A stretch of DNA of 64,000 nucleotides, from assembly GCA_046582495.1 (NCBI GenBank), contig JAYGEG010000099.1, positions 1,858 to 65,857 on the forward strand, written 5' to 3'. Within the stretch, counting starts at the first letter, position 1, and the number at the start of each line of letters is the position of its first letter. Shown here in pieces: positions 1-15,060 of this stretch. The DNA is from Rhodospirillales bacterium. Lineage in GTDB: Bacteria > Pseudomonadota > Alphaproteobacteria > Rhodospirillales > UBA2165. Under the pieces are notes generated by a model. It saw nothing but the letters and a program-made list of their open reading frames with translations, searched no databases and was not told where the DNA came from. The translations under genes were made by a program, and so were the position numbers.

Positions 1-3251
<3,251 letters not shown>

Positions 3252-3292
3252 GAAATGAGAAGTTCCGTGATTAGAATTTAGGTTTGTTGGAT

Positions 3293-4084
3293 TTAGTCAA
3301 ACGGCCAATACCATCGGCTTGGTTTAACTTGCGGGCGAACGGTTTTACCTTCGACGATTTCATAAGAATCTATATACCATTCACTGCCGGGGAAATTATG
3401 CCCTAACACCGATGCTGTTTTTTTTGCTTGGCTGATCAGCCCAAGAGCCAAATAAGATTCTGTCAATCGATGGAGGGCTTCAGGCACATGTGTCGTGGTT
3501 TGGTACTGATCTATGACTTTTTTATAGCGATTAATAGCTCCCAAATACTGAGCTTGATTTTCATAGTAACGGCCAATTTCCATTTCCTTGCCCGCCAAAT
3601 GATCCTGCGTCAGATCGATTTTCACCGCTGCATCGCGGGAATATTTGCCATTTGGAAAGCGGGTGACAATTTCAGTGAGCGCTTTTAAGGCCAAGCGCGT
3701 CATTTTCTGATCTCGGCCAACATCCGAAATTTGCTCATAATAAGATAACGCCTTCAAATAATAGGCGTAGGGCACATCGCGGTTGGAAGGATGAATTCTG
3801 ATAAAACGATCCAGCGCGATGATCGCGTCGTCATAGGCATTGTTTTGATAAAAACTATACGCCGCCATAAGCTGCGCCTTGGTAGCCCATACGGAATAAG
3901 GATGCTGCCGGTCTACTTCCGCGAAAGCCTTGGCAGCTGCGTCATACTCATTATTCTCAAGTTGGGTGACACCTTCATTGTAAAGACGTTCTACCGGCTC
4001 CTCTTTATAGACTTCTTCGTCAGCAGCGCAGGCAACCAGAAACAAGGTTGATGCAAAAATTATCAGGGTGCGGGTGAATATCAT
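3293..4084 (-). CDS. bamD: Outer membrane assembly lipoprotein BamD
   Basis: Lipobox LVAC, TPR helices, HPYSVWATKAQLMAAY, DHLAGKEMEIGRYY; dcw synteny. Confidence 0.95.
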   Translation of the reverse strand: MIFTRTLIIFASTLFLVACAADEEVYKEEPVERLYNEGVTQLENNEYDAAAKAFAEVDRQHPYSVWATKAQLMAAYSFYQNNAYDDAIIALDRFIRIHPSNRDVPYAYYLKALSYYEQISDVGRDQKMTRLALKALTEIVTRFPNGKYSRDAAVKIDLTQDHLAGKEMEIGRYYENQAQYLGAINRYKKVIDQYQTTTHVPEALHRLTESYLALGLISQAKKTASVLGHNFPGSEWYIDSYEIVEGKTVRPQVKPSRWYWPFD

Positions 4085-4191
4085 TTACCAAATACCAATT
4101 CTATAAATCTTGTGCGCAAATATATCATTTTTGGGCGGTTTGTCTGCTCAAATTGATCAGTTAATTGTCAAAAACACAAATAAACCGGTGG

Positions 4192-4218
4192 GTGGGCCAA
4201 ATTACAATTTCGGCCCAC
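4192..4218. terminator. Stem-loop downstream of the methyltransferase
   Basis: GTGGGCCAAATT-AC-AATTTCGGCCCAC inverted repeat; no strong U tail. Confidence 0.4.
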
Positions 4219-4230
4219 TTTACCTGAAAA

Positions 4231-5136
4231 TTATTTCTTCCTGGCATAGACCGTAACAAATATCTCAAGATGCAATAGATCGATCAAATTGAGCGAAATT
4301 CCAACGAGCGGCGCAAATATCGGCTCGGCCAATTTGCCCAACGGTAGTTTGCGAACCGCTGAAGGTGCTACCTTTGACGTCCATTCGATTTTTTCAACGC
4401 TAAGACCATGATTCGACAACAGCTTTTGCAAATTTCGGCCGTTAAAATAATTCAAATGTTCAGGCGGAATGATATAGGGCTCATTTTTACCAAGAATATA
4501 TCTGAACAAATTGTCAAAATTTGGCAAAGCGACGGCAAGCAAGCCATCGGACTTTAAAAGCTTTTGAGCCTTGCCAATCCACTCATTGATATCCAGCACA
4601 TGTTCGACAATCTGGCTCAAGATGATGACGTCGAAGCTATTGTCGGCTTCATTGAACTCTTCGAAGGGGATATTTTGAGGTTCAAGATTGTTCATATCAC
4701 TAGCGATTTTACGGTCGCTATTGGAAATCTCCAAAGCCGTTACGTCAAACCCCAAATTAATCGCTTCTCTGGTGATAAATCCGAAGCCGCAGGCCACATC
4801 AAACAGCGTCAATGCACCTTCAGGGCTTGTTGTTTTAACCAATGAATGAGCGGTGCCAACAATACGTTCAGCGTCGACGGAGGAATTCGGCCAGTCCGCT
4901 TCTTTTTTAAGTATATCACTTAATGAAACCTCGGCTTCATCTCGGAAACTATTGTCGTGGGTATTATTAGTATAAAAATCCACCAAGTACTCGAGAGATG
5001 GGCGAGGGTTTACAAAAACGTAGGAGCAATCCTGACAGCGATCGAGTTTAAACTCGCCGGCTTCAGTTGTTTTGCTATTCCACAGGCTGACGGGAGCTGA
5101 ACAGATCGGACAAGCATCCATCTTTAATTCAGACAT
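4231..5136 (-). CDS. Class I SAM-dependent methyltransferase with N-terminal Zn-ribbon
   Basis: CPIC..CQDC..VFVNPRP, SAM motif LFDVACGFG, FDVIILSQIVEH, PPEHLNYF. Confidence 0.85.
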   Translation of the reverse strand: MSELKMDACPICSAPVSLWNSKTTEAGEFKLDRCQDCSYVFVNPRPSLEYLVDFYTNNTHDNSFRDEAEVSLSDILKKEADWPNSSVDAERIVGTAHSLVKTTSPEGALTLFDVACGFGFITREAINLGFDVTALEISNSDRKIASDMNNLEPQNIPFEEFNEADNSFDVIILSQIVEHVLDINEWIGKAQKLLKSDGLLAVALPNFDNLFRYILGKNEPYIIPPEHLNYFNGRNLQKLLSNHGLSVEKIEWTSKVAPSAVRKLPLGKLAEPIFAPLVGISLNLIDLLHLEIFVTVYARKK

Positions 5137-5252
5137 TTTCCAAAATCACCCTGTTATCGATTTTATTTTGCCAACTACTCTCATGCATGTTGCACAGGAT
5201 AACACCTATTCAGGGTTATCTCGAACAGCGTCACTGGTAATTTAATGAATTT

Positions 5253-6260
5253 TTAGGCAGAAACGGCAGCTAAATCAACAATTTCAGCTTCATTCGTTAC
5301 AAAACCGGCCTCATCTGAATCGTCATTTTCTTCCGATTCGACATACCGCCAAGACGATGGGTTGGCAAATAGTGCTCGGAGCAATTGATTGGTTAAGGCA
5401 TGACCGGCGCGAACACCTTTGTAACTACCACGTATAACAGCGCCCGACGTATAAAGATCACCAACCGCATCCAAAACCTTATGGCGAACAAATTCGTCAG
5501 CGTAGCGTAACCCGTCTTCGTTCAGAACTTTGTCGTCTTCAATGATCACTACGTTGTCCAAAGAGCCGCCCAATCCCAGACCAGCGGCCCGAAGTTGTTC
5601 AACTTCATGCATAAACCCAAAGGTACGAGCGCGGGCAACTTCTTTTTTGAAAGTGCCATTTACCATGTTGACCGAAATCGCCTGCTTAGCAACGACTTTA
5701 CTTTCAAAATCAATTTCAAAACTGACAGAGAAGGTATCGCTTGGCACAAGCTCTGCCATTTTGTCGCCGATTTCAACGCGAACTGGTTTTAGAATTTCTA
5801 TAACCCGGCGCAGTGCATCTTGTTCTTGCAGGCCTGCACATTCAATAAGAAATACAAATGGTTGCGCACTGCCATCCATTACAGGAACTTCAGGGCCATT
5901 TACGTCTACATAAACGTTATCGACGCCGCAGCCAGCGAGAGCGGACATGAGATGCTCAATTGTACTGATGGTAACGCCTTCTTCGACGCCAATCGTCGTG
6001 CACATGCGGGTATCTACAACGTTGTCCCAGCGCGCTTCAATCTCTTTAGATCCAGGAATATCGGTGCGGCGAAATATAACACCTGTATTCGCTTCAGCTG
6101 GTTTCAAGGTAAGGGAGACTTTTTCTCCGCTATGAAGCGCAATGCCGACGCAATTCATCGTCCGAAGAAGCGTTTTTTGCTTCTGCGGGTCCAACAATGA
6201 TGCTTCAGGAGAAGCAGTCTCTATGTTTTTGGAAATTGTGTCCTGACCAATGTGGTTCAT
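5253..6260 (-). CDS. lpxC: UDP-3-O-acyl-GlcNAc deacetylase
   Basis: QKTL...[38 protein letters not shown]. Confidence 0.97.
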   Translation of the reverse strand: MNHIGQDTISKNIETASPEASLLDPQKQKTLLRTMNCVGIALHSGEKVSLTLKPAEANTGVIFRRTDIPGSKEIEARWDNVVDTRMCTTIGVEEGVTISTIEHLMSALAGCGVDNVYVDVNGPEVPVMDGSAQPFVFLIECAGLQEQDALRRVIEILKPVRVEIGDKMAELVPSDTFSVSFEIDFESKVVAKQAISVNMVNGTFKKEVARARTFGFMHEVEQLRAAGLGLGGSLDNVVIIEDDKVLNEDGLRYADEFVRHKVLDAVGDLYTSGAVIRGSYKGVRAGHALTNQLLRALFANPSSWRYVESEENDDSDEAGFVTNEAEIVDLAAVSA

Positions 6261-6419
6261 ACTGAATTTTTAACTTTCGTGTACCGTAGATTTTGAGACC
6301 CAATATTGCCATTAGTGGCTTGAGTACCCTGAGAGTGTTGTAGCAACGCCCCCGTGAGTACTCAAATCAACTAATGTTGCAATATATTACGCCCAAAAGT
6401 GCCTTCTTTTAAATCAAGC

Positions 6420-8252
6420 CTAATTGGCCTGGCGACGTAAAAAGGCTGGAATATCAAGGACATCCTCCTCATCCTGGACTCCGGCCAAACGATCGGCTGG
6501 ATCCAGATCACCAAGTAATGCTTGAGGGGGTGGTATGTCCTCTTCAGCTGTTTCAGCCATCGATTCGACGGGTGATTCGTCAACAGCTTGTTCGACAATT
6601 GATTCCGAAATCGGGTCTGGCACCTCTTCGATTGCAGGCTCTTCGACAATTTCCGGCTCGGGCTCAGGTTCTGGCGCAGCTTCTGCCACAATTTCAGGTT
6701 CTGGCTCAGGCGTTAACTCTGGCGTTGGCTCGGGTTGAACTTCAACTGCTTCCTCGGCAACCATTTCGGCGACGGGTGCCTCTACTTTGGCTTCAGCCCG
6801 CTTTTTATCGCCGCGAGCCACACCGGTAACACGTTCAAACAAGCTCAAACCACTTTTCTTAGGTGCCTCTTCGACCTCTGGTTCCTTATTGGCATTTACC
6901 ATATCGGCAGCGGCAAAAGGATCAGCCGATGTTTCAGTTTCCACTGACGTCATCGTGCCGGCTGGAGCCGCTGGAATGAAGACATCTTCTTCCTTTCGAA
7001 CATTGGATAGGAAAGATGGAATTTTATCATCTTCCGGCAGCGGCGCTTCTTCAACCACGGTAGCATCAGTGACCTTCTCAGGCTCAGGCATTACTTCCGG
7101 CGTCACTTCTTGCTGAACTTCCGGTTTTACCTCTGGCCGCGGAATCATAGCTACGGGAGCAACCCGAGCCATCTGCGCAACGGGCGCTGCTTCTTTTGGC
7201 GTTGGAGTACTTAAGGCTTTTGGCTTTGCAACTGCGTCGGTGACGGTACGCACAATCGGCTCTGGCCGCACGCCGGCAACAGATTCAATACCTGTTGCAA
7301 CAACGGACACACGTACTTTTCCTTCAAGCGCTTCGTCAAATGTGGAGCCAAAGATAATATTAGTTTCACCTTCCACTTCGTCACGAATGCGGTTGGCAGC
7401 TTCATCCACTTCAAACAATGTGATGTCAGAACCAGCGGTAATGTTGATCAACACGCCTTTTGCGCCGCTCATAGATATATCATCCAGTAATGGATTGGCG
7501 ATTGCTTGTTCGGCGGCATCGGTTGCCCGGCGTTCGCCTTCGGCTTCACCGGTGCCCATCATAGCTTTGCCCATCTCGCTCATAACCGACTTAATGTCAG
7601 CAAAATCGAGATTGATCAGTCCTGGCATTACCATCAAATCAGTAACGCCCCTGACGCCAGAGTACAAAACATCATCCGCCATTTTGAAAGCATCTGCGAA
7701 TGTGGTTTTCTCGTTGGCGACGCGGAACAAATTTTGGTTCGGAATAATCAATAACGTATCGACATATTGTTGAAGCTCCTCCAACCCGGCTTCGGCCATC
7801 TTCATCCGGTTGGCACCTTCGAATTGAAAAGGTTTGGTGACGACACCAACTGTCAGGATGCCGTATTCCCGGGCGGCCTTGGCAATAACAGGAGCGGCGC
7901 CAGTTCCGGTACCACCACCAAGGCCAGCTGTGATGAACACCATATTGGCATCTCGCAAATGAGAGATAATTTCTTCCAAGGATTCTTCGGCTGCGGCGCG
8001 TCCAATATCTGGATTTGCGCCGGCACCAAGACCTTGAGTGATATTGATTCCCATCTGAATACGCTGATCTGACTTCGAATGTGATAGCGCTTGCGCATCT
8101 GAATTCGCGACGAGGAATTCAACGCCTTCCAGTCCTGAAGAAATCATATTGTTAACCGCATTTCCGCCGGCACCGCCGACGCCGACAACTGTTATGCGAG
8201 GTTTTAAATCCGACTCTACAGAGCCAGTTGGTAATGTAAGATTGATGCTCAT
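6420..8252 (-). CDS. ftsZ: Cell division protein FtsZ with long acidic linker (start 8252 or 8270)
   Basis: [20 protein letters not shown] tubulin signature, C-terminal [12 protein letters not shown]. Confidence 0.98.
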   Translation of the reverse strand: MSINLTLPTGSVESDLKPRITVVGVGGAGGNAVNNMISSGLEGVEFLVANSDAQALSHSKSDQRIQMGINITQGLGAGANPDIGRAAAEESLEEIISHLRDANMVFITAGLGGGTGTGAAPVIAKAAREYGILTVGVVTKPFQFEGANRMKMAEAGLEELQQYVDTLLIIPNQNLFRVANEKTTFADAFKMADDVLYSGVRGVTDLMVMPGLINLDFADIKSVMSEMGKAMMGTGEAEGERRATDAAEQAIANPLLDDISMSGAKGVLINITAGSDITLFEVDEAANRIRDEVEGETNIIFGSTFDEALEGKVRVSVVATGIESVAGVRPEPIVRTVTDAVAKPKALSTPTPKEAAPVAQMARVAPVAMIPRPEVKPEVQQEVTPEVMPEPEKVTDATVVEEAPLPEDDKIPSFLSNVRKEEDVFIPAAPAGTMTSVETETSADPFAAADMVNANKEPEVEEAPKKSGLSLFERVTGVARGDKKRAEAKVEAPVAEMVAEEAVEVQPEPTPELTPEPEPEIVAEAAPEPEPEPEIVEEPAIEEVPDPISESIVEQAVDESPVESMAETAEEDIPPPQALLGDLDPADRLAGVQDEEDVLDIPAFLRRQAN

Positions 8253-8387
8253 AATGGCCTCCAACTCCAAATCATATGCTCACCCGTCGAATTTGTTGGA
8301 TTCTCCAACAGACGAGCAGCGTGTTCCCTCAATTTCCCCAATTGAGAACAAAAATTGCATTGCCCAGATTCTACGGGCAAAAGGTTA

Positions 8388-9653
8388 CTAAATGTTTTCA
8401 CGTATCCACTGTCCAATTCTGCCGAATTTTCCACTCGGCACCTCTAATGAGCGCGACGACGTCATTGCCGCAGCCGCGCGTTGCTTTAAAATCACTTGAA
8501 TAAGACCCGCAGGGGCCGAAAACGCAGGCCCATTAACGGATTCAGCCAATCCTTTGACGTAGTTTGGACGCCCCAAACGGACCTGTTTGTCCATCATTTC
8601 GGCGGCCAATTCGCGTACGCCAGTCAATTGACTGGCCCCGCCGGTGAGGACAACACGGCGCGCACCAGCTTTCTCGAATCCTGTTGGTTCGAGTTTTTCG
8701 CGAACCAACTCGTAGATTTCTTCGATACGCGGGCGAATGATTCCCACCAACATTGACCGCGAAATCTGATTTTCGCCGTCATCTTCCTCGCCAACGAGCG
8801 GTACTTTGATCACTTCCTGGTCATCTGAAGGGGATGGGACAGCGCTTCCGTAGAGCGTTTTCATGCGCTCGGCATAAGCAACGGGTGTCGACAATCCACG
8901 CGCAATATCGTTCGTCACGTGATTGCCGCCGAGGGGCACCGAATCTGTATACACAACTTCGCCGTCAAAGAAGACGGAAATGTCGGTCGTACCACCACCC
9001 ATATCGATACTGATAACACCGAGCTCTTTTTCATCTTCGACGAGGCAGGCCAAACCGGCGGCATAAGGCGCGACAACTTGGCTTTCAACATCCAAGTGGC
9101 AGCGATTTACGCAAGCCGTAATGTTTCGGAGCGCGCCGGCGGACGCCGTGATGACATGCATGTTAACACCGAGCTTTTCGCCATACATGCCACGCGGATC
9201 TTTAACGCCTGGATTGCCATCAATACTGTAAGCAACAGGTACAGTGTGAATGATTTGACGATCATCCACCTGTTGCGAATAAAGCCAAGTTGGATCGAGA
9301 GCGCGCTTAAGATCGACATCACTTATCTCGTGACCGGAGATCGCAACATCAAAGGAGATCAATTTAGATTTCGGAACGCCGCCCGAAACGCAAAGCACGA
9401 CATCTCGCACATTCTCGCCGGCCATTTGCTCAGCCGCTTCGACGGTTGTGCGTATTGAATCCTCAACCGCCACCATATCGACAATATTGCCGTTCTTAAT
9501 GCCTTTCGACACCTGGTGACCGACGCCGATCACCTCTGCCGCGCCATTTTCCAACGGCCGGGCGATGAAGCAGGCGACTTTGGTGGTGCCAACGTCAAGC
9601 GCTGTGATGAGACCAGTTCGATTGGCCGATTTTGAGGGTACTTTTTGTATCAT
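8388..9653 (-). CDS. ftsA: Cell division protein FtsA
   Basis: ALDVGTTKV, IDMGGGTT, VVLTGGASQL, C-terminal amphipathic helix WIRENI. Confidence 0.97.
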   Translation of the reverse strand: MIQKVPSKSANRTGLITALDVGTTKVACFIARPLENGAAEVIGVGHQVSKGIKNGNIVDMVAVEDSIRTTVEAAEQMAGENVRDVVLCVSGGVPKSKLISFDVAISGHEISDVDLKRALDPTWLYSQQVDDRQIIHTVPVAYSIDGNPGVKDPRGMYGEKLGVNMHVITASAGALRNITACVNRCHLDVESQVVAPYAAGLACLVEDEKELGVISIDMGGGTTDISVFFDGEVVYTDSVPLGGNHVTNDIARGLSTPVAYAERMKTLYGSAVPSPSDDQEVIKVPLVGEEDDGENQISRSMLVGIIRPRIEEIYELVREKLEPTGFEKAGARRVVLTGGASQLTGVRELAAEMMDKQVRLGRPNYVKGLAESVNGPAFSAPAGLIQVILKQRAAAAMTSSRSLEVPSGKFGRIGQWIRENI

Positions 9654-9664
9654 CTGTTTAAACT

Positions 9665-10618
9665 TTAAGTATCTCTTTCGCTGATTAATGTGCCGCCCGG
9701 ATGGCGTTGAGGGCGCTTGTTTGGTTTTTTCGGCCTGATAGATGGCTTTCTAGATGTCGGAGGAAACTTCAAAATCTCCTCTTTCTTAGCGCCTTTTTGG
9801 TTTTCTCGGATGACCACCCGGTCCGCCAAACGCAAATCCACGGTAATGAGATCTTTCGACAACAGATCGTGATTTTTGTCCAATTCGGCCAATTGCGACC
9901 AGGCCGCGCCGGGATCGTCTTCCGGTAGGCGGATTTCAATTTTGTTGTTCAAATGAAGGTTCCAACGGCGTCCGCCGACTCTAACGGCTGCCTTCACTTT
10001 GCCCGCCAGTTTTGGCTCCGTTGCTAAGACTTCAAATAGCTGGGCCGCGTGGCTGGGTGCATCTCGCCCGACAATCACGATCAGATTGCTGTATTTGCTG
10101 ACATCTTTTAGAGGGATTAACTCGCCATTGGTATCGATCAGAGAAAACTTTCCAACCCGCTGCCACAGCGCCATGGGTCGCCGCTCACTTAATTGGAGAT
10201 GCACAACGTCAGGCAATTGACGCTCGATCACTGCATTGCGCACCCAGGGAAGTGCAACAACCCGGTCACGGGCCGCCTTTGGATCAAACGCCAGGATCGG
10301 CGCTCCTCTTTCAAGGCGTAGCGCTTTCAGCAAACTCTTTCGTGATGTTTCAAATCGTCCTTCGACAAAAATCTCGCGGACTGAAAAGCCGGTTTTAGCA
10401 GCACCTGCGATCACCATCCATTTGGCACGCTCGGTTGTTTCTTGAACCCAACCACTTTGCCAGAGCCACCAACCTGCGGTGCTTGCACTGCCAAACAAGG
10501 CGAGTATGAGACTAGCCGCCACGATAGGGTGGCGCCAAATCGGTTTTACCCGACGGCGGCGCAGGCCGCGTTTGGTGTCTTTATCGGATTTGAAGAAAAA
10601 TGCCATCAATCGTCGCAT
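9665..10618 (-). CDS. ftsQ: Cell division protein FtsQ (start 10618, ORF track 10639)
   Basis: TM helix, POTRA (LPWVRNAVIERQLPD), RVGGRRWNL, VDLRLADR; synteny. Confidence 0.93.
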   Translation of the reverse strand: MRRLMAFFFKSDKDTKRGLRRRRVKPIWRHPIVAASLILALFGSASTAGWWLWQSGWVQETTERAKWMVIAGAAKTGFSVREIFVEGRFETSRKSLLKALRLERGAPILAFDPKAARDRVVALPWVRNAVIERQLPDVVHLQLSERRPMALWQRVGKFSLIDTNGELIPLKDVSKYSNLIVIVGRDAPSHAAQLFEVLATEPKLAGKVKAAVRVGGRRWNLHLNNKIEIRLPEDDPGAAWSQLAELDKNHDLLSKDLITVDLRLADRVVIRENQKGAKKEEILKFPPTSRKPSIRPKKPNKRPQRHPGGTLISERDT

Positions 10619-11508
10619 GCTGCATTCTCCACTAACCAACTTACCAGTTCGTTAAACGAAATATTTGCATGAGCTGCTTGTTCAGGTACAAGAGATGTAG
10701 GCGTCATACCGGGCTGGGTGTTGATCTCCAACATGTAGAGATTTTTGCCGTCAAAGCGAATGTCGGCCCGGGAAAGACCACGGCATCCCAAAATCTCATG
10801 AGCCAATAGCGAAATCCGCATCGCTTCATCGTATATTTTCTTAGGTATATCGGCAGGCACCTGATGCTCTGAGCCGCCGTCGGCATATTTTGCGTCATAA
10901 TCATAAAAGCCATGCCCAGTTGTAATCTCCGTTACCGCCAGCGGCCTATCTCCCATAACGGAAACCGTCAGCTCCCGGCCAGCAATAAATTTTTCCACCA
11001 TCACATGGCGGCCAAAGGTCCATTCTTCTTCGCTTGGAATGTAATTGTCACCTTCCATCACAATATGAACACCGACACTGGAACCTTCATTCAATGGCTT
11101 CACGACGAATGGCGGTTCCATTGCGCCGCCGGCAATAAGCTCTTCACGTGTCACGATTTTATGTTCGGCGACTTTAATGCCGGCGGCGGCGAACATCGAC
11201 TTTGCCACCGGCTTATCCATTGCCAATGAAGATGCCAGCACACCGGAATGGGTGTAGGGAACATCCAGAATGTTGAGCAGACCTTGGATGCAACCGTCTT
11301 CACCGTAACGGCCATGCAGCGCATTGAAGACGGCATCCGGCTTTGGAAACAGCCGGGTTAAAAGTGCACCGACATCACGCTGTACATCGATGGAGGTTAC
11401 CCGGTATCCGGCTTCACTTAGCGCATTGCTGACGGCAGCGCCGCTCACCAACGACACTTCACGCTCGGCGGACCACCCACCCATCAATACCGCGACGTGG
11501 CGCGTCAT
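10606..11508 (-). CDS. ddl: D-alanine--D-alanine ligase
   Basis: VAVLMGGWSAEREVS, LHGRYGEDG, LEINTQPGMT. Confidence 0.97.
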   Translation of the reverse strand: MTRHVAVLMGGWSAEREVSLVSGAAVSNALSEAGYRVTSIDVQRDVGALLTRLFPKPDAVFNALHGRYGEDGCIQGLLNILDVPYTHSGVLASSLAMDKPVAKSMFAAAGIKVAEHKIVTREELIAGGAMEPPFVVKPLNEGSSVGVHIVMEGDNYIPSEEEWTFGRHVMVEKFIAGRELTVSVMGDRPLAVTEITTGHGFYDYDAKYADGGSEHQVPADIPKKIYDEAMRISLLAHEILGCRGLSRADIRFDGKNLYMLEINTQPGMTPTSLVPEQAAHANISFNELVSWLVENAACDD

Positions 11509-12452
11509 TGCGGCACCTCATCTACCTGAGGGTTTTCAGGAACGCCAATCCGGCGTATTTCCCATTCAAGCTGAATGCCACTGGACTCAAAAACACGGCG
11601 GCGCACTTCTTCGCCGAGGCCTTCAAGATCTGCCGCCGTTGCCGAGCCTGTGTTGATCAAGAAATTGCAGTGTTTTTCCGAAACGATAGCCCCGCCGCGC
11701 ATTAATCCCCGGCACCCTGCCTGATCAATGAGCTCCCACGCTTTAGCACCCGGAGGATTGGTGAAGGTGCTGCCGCCAGTCGGTGTTTTAACTGGCTGGG
11801 TTAAAGCACGCTCCGCCCGGATTTCTTTCATGCGGTCAGCTATTTCTCTGGTGTTACCAGGCTCACCTTTGAAACTGGCATCTATGAAAATAAGATCAGC
11901 CGGTGCTTCGGAATGGCGATAGCTGTATTTCATCTCGGCGACCGAGAGCTCAATCAAATTGCCTTTAACGTCCAATGCCCTGACCCGTTGGACAATGTCT
12001 TTTGTCTCGGACCCATAGGCCCCAGCATTCATACGCACGGCACCACCGACGGCACCCGGAATGCCGCATAAAAACTCAAATCCCGCGATCCCACATTCCC
12101 GCGCGGCATTTGCCAGTCTGAGGTTCGAGACACCGCCCCCGGCTGTGATTTCCAAACCCTCCACAGATATTTTAGTAAACACCTCGCTAAGACGAATTAC
12201 TACACCCGGAACACCGCCATCCCGCACCATCAAATTCGAGCCGATGCCAATAATTGTGATTGGTACATCGTCGGGTTTGTTTTGCAGAAAATTCATGAGA
12301 TCATTTAAATCTGCCGGCCAGAACATCACTTCCGCCGGGCCGCCTACCCGGAACCAGGTGGATTTAGAAAGATCAGCATTCGTTTCGATCCGCCCGAGTG
12401 TTGCCGGTAATCTTGGAAACAGATCATCAGGGAATTTCGGCGCTGCCATCAT
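11505..12452 (-). CDS. murB: UDP-N-acetylenolpyruvoylglucosamine reductase
   Basis: [41 protein letters not shown]. Confidence 0.97.
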   Translation of the reverse strand: MMAAPKFPDDLFPRLPATLGRIETNADLSKSTWFRVGGPAEVMFWPADLNDLMNFLQNKPDDVPITIIGIGSNLMVRDGGVPGVVIRLSEVFTKISVEGLEITAGGGVSNLRLANAARECGIAGFEFLCGIPGAVGGAVRMNAGAYGSETKDIVQRVRALDVKGNLIELSVAEMKYSYRHSEAPADLIFIDASFKGEPGNTREIADRMKEIRAERALTQPVKTPTGGSTFTNPPGAKAWELIDQAGCRGLMRGGAIVSEKHCNFLINTGSATAADLEGLGEEVRRRVFESSGIQLEWEIRRIGVPENPQVDEVPQ

Positions 12453-13882
12453 CCAACACCTTCCAACGCAGAGCCGCGCAACTTGGCGAGCTCTTCCGGC
12501 AGGGCGTTAGCCCAGGCGGTAATGTTGCCGGCACCGAGACAGACAACAAAATCACCTGAGCTCATGTGTTCGTTTACGAAAGCCGCTAAATCTTCAGGCT
12601 GTTCGAGCGGAATCACCATGCGATGACCATGAGAGCGCAGACCTTCAACCAGACTATCTCGGCTAATGCCCTCTATCGGCGTTTCGCCTGCTGAATAAAC
12701 ATCAGCAACAACCACAATGTCCGCATTGTTAAAACACGTGCAAAACTCTTCAAAGAGATCCTGCAAGCGTGAATAGCGATGTGGTTGAACAACAGCCATC
12801 ACGCGGCCTTCCGGCGTTGCTGTTCGGGCTGCTTCGAGTACAGCCGCTATTTCGACAGGATGATGACCGTAATCGTCGATTATTGTAATGTCATCTACCG
12901 CACCGGTTTTGGTAAAGCGACGCTTCACACCGCCAAAATTGGCGAGCCCTGTGCGGATCAGCTCCTCGGATATGCCAAGTTCCAAAGCGATACCGACCGC
13001 CGCCGTAGAATTTAGAATGTTATGAACACCGACCATCGGCAGATGGAGTTCTACAATTGATCGCTCAGCGCCCGATTTTCGATCCATGATGACAATATCG
13101 AAATTTGATCCATCTGGTGTTGTCTCAATATTCGTGACCCGCACATCGGCTTGGGGTGAGACACCATAGGTGATAATTTTTCGGTCCGAAACGCGCGGGA
13201 TAAGTGCCTGCACTTCCGCATCATCAATGCACAACGTGGCAAACCCATAAAATGGAATTTGCTCGACAAAATTAACAAATGCGTCACGCAAGGCATCGAA
13301 CGAGCCGTAATGATCCATGTGCTCATTGTCGATATTTGTTACCACTGCGATGGTCGAAGGCAGCTTTACGAATGTTCCATCGGATTCGTCGGCTTCGGCG
13401 ACCATCCAGTCACCACTGCCAAGACGCGCATTTGTCCCCCATGCATTGATGATGCCGCCATTGATAACGGTAGGGTCCATCTCCGCAGCTTCTAACAGTG
13501 CGGCAATCAAAGACGTCGTTGTGGTTTTTCCATGTGTGCCGCCAACCGCGATCGACCATTTAAGGCGCATGAGCTCGCCCAACATTTCAGCGCGGCGCAC
13601 CACGGGCATCAGGCGTTGCCGTGCAGCATCGAGTTCGGGGTTTCCTGCTTTAACGGCAGAGGAGATCACCACAACTTCAGCATCTCCCAAATTCTCTTCC
13701 GCATGGCCAACTTTGACATCAATGCCAAGTCCTCTCAGACGCACGACATTTGCACCTTCTGCCATATCACTGCCCTGCACAGCGTAGCCAAGATTATGCA
13801 GAACCTCGGCAATACCGCTCATACCAATGCCGCCAATGCCGACGAAGTGGATGGTGCCGAGATCTAGGGGCAAACCTCTCAT
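12449..13882 (-). CDS. murC: UDP-N-acetylmuramate--L-alanine ligase
   Basis: [37 protein letters not shown]. Confidence 0.98.
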   Translation of the reverse strand: MRGLPLDLGTIHFVGIGGIGMSGIAEVLHNLGYAVQGSDMAEGANVVRLRGLGIDVKVGHAEENLGDAEVVVISSAVKAGNPELDAARQRLMPVVRRAEMLGELMRLKWSIAVGGTHGKTTTTSLIAALLEAAEMDPTVINGGIINAWGTNARLGSGDWMVAEADESDGTFVKLPSTIAVVTNIDNEHMDHYGSFDALRDAFVNFVEQIPFYGFATLCIDDAEVQALIPRVSDRKIITYGVSPQADVRVTNIETTPDGSNFDIVIMDRKSGAERSIVELHLPMVGVHNILNSTAAVGIALELGISEELIRTGLANFGGVKRRFTKTGAVDDITIIDDYGHHPVEIAAVLEAARTATPEGRVMAVVQPHRYSRLQDLFEEFCTCFNNADIVVVADVYSAGETPIEGISRDSLVEGLRSHGHRMVIPLEQPEDLAAFVNEHMSSGDFVVCLGAGNITAWANALPEELAKLRGSALEGVG

Positions 13883-15060
13883 GCGGCCTCCCTTTGATCG
13901 TCAGCGCTGGAATTTCGATTGCCGTTGCCGTTTCCATTATCCGAAATCAGGTCCATCACCATGTCAGCGAGCCTTGCAGCAGCATCTGGTTTACCGGCGG
14001 ATTTTGCCGCCGAGGCTGCGTTTTCAAGCATGCGCGGCATGGCAAACAAGGACTCAATACGATCAGCCAATACATCTTCAGAAAAAGCATCTTCGGGGAT
14101 CAACCAGCCACCGCCAACTTCATCCACCGCATGAGCGTTTTTGGATTGATGATCGTCAACGGCATGTCGATAAGGCACCATGATTGCCGGCCGACCAATT
14201 GTCGTTAGCTCGGCTATTGTCGAGGCACCAGACCGACAAATCACGAGATGGGCATCTGCAATGTGTTCGGGGACATCGTCAAAAAAATTGGAGATGGCAG
14301 CATCTATACCCAAAGCTTGGTAGGCTGACCGAGCTTGATCGATATCTTCCGGGCGACTTTGCTGGGTAATTTTAATTCGGGCGCGGGTTTTATCGCTTAA
14401 TCGTTTCATCGCAGCCGGAACAACTTCGCTAAAAATATGCGCCCCTTGACTGCCACCAAAGACCGCAAGATTGATCGTGCCATCGTCTGACAAATTTGGA
14501 TATTCCCGATCACGAACAGTCGCGACGGCGGGCCGCACCGGCATGCCTGTTACGATGACATTTGAAAGCGCAGGTTCTGGTATCGAAGAAACCTTTTCAA
14601 ATGACGTTGCAATTTTCTCAACCCGGCTCGCGAGCAAGCGATTGGCTCGCCCAAGCACCGCATTTTGCTCGTGGATGGCGGCTTTGGTGCCAGAATAAGC
14701 TGCCGCCAACATCGTTGGCACCGAGGCATAGCCGCCAAATCCGACAACAACAGCTGGCTTCATTCGGCGCAGCAAAAACCAGGCCTGAAATGTACCGATT
14801 AAAATTTCAAAGGCGCTAAATATCCGCGCAAAGAAGCCTTTACCCACGATGCCCCCGGCACGTACCCGGTGGGTTTCAAGCTCAGCCAGACGTCCGCTCA
14901 AATTGCCGCCCCGGCGATCTGTTATCAATGCCAAACGGTATCCCCGGGTACCAAGTTCAGCCGCCAAAGCCTCTGCCGGAAAGACATGGCCGCCGGTGCC
15001 GCCGGCGGCTAAAACAACGAGGGGCTTGGCCATGGTGTTTACTTGGGCATCACCTATCAT
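13879..15060 (-). CDS. murG: Lipid II GlcNAc transferase MurG
   Basis: [39 protein letters not shown]. Confidence 0.97.
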   Translation of the reverse strand: MIGDAQVNTMAKPLVVLAAGGTGGHVFPAEALAAELGTRGYRLALITDRRGGNLSGRLAELETHRVRAGGIVGKGFFARIFSAFEILIGTFQAWFLLRRMKPAVVVGFGGYASVPTMLAAAYSGTKAAIHEQNAVLGRANRLLASRVEKIATSFEKVSSIPEPALSNVIVTGMPVRPAVATVRDREYPNLSDDGTINLAVFGGSQGAHIFSEVVPAAMKRLSDKTRARIKITQQSRPEDIDQARSAYQALGIDAAISNFFDDVPEHIADAHLVICRSGASTIAELTTIGRPAIMVPYRHAVDDHQSKNAHAVDEVGGGWLIPEDAFSEDVLADRIESLFAMPRMLENAASAAKSAGKPDAAARLADMVMDLISDNGNGNGNRNSSADDQREAA

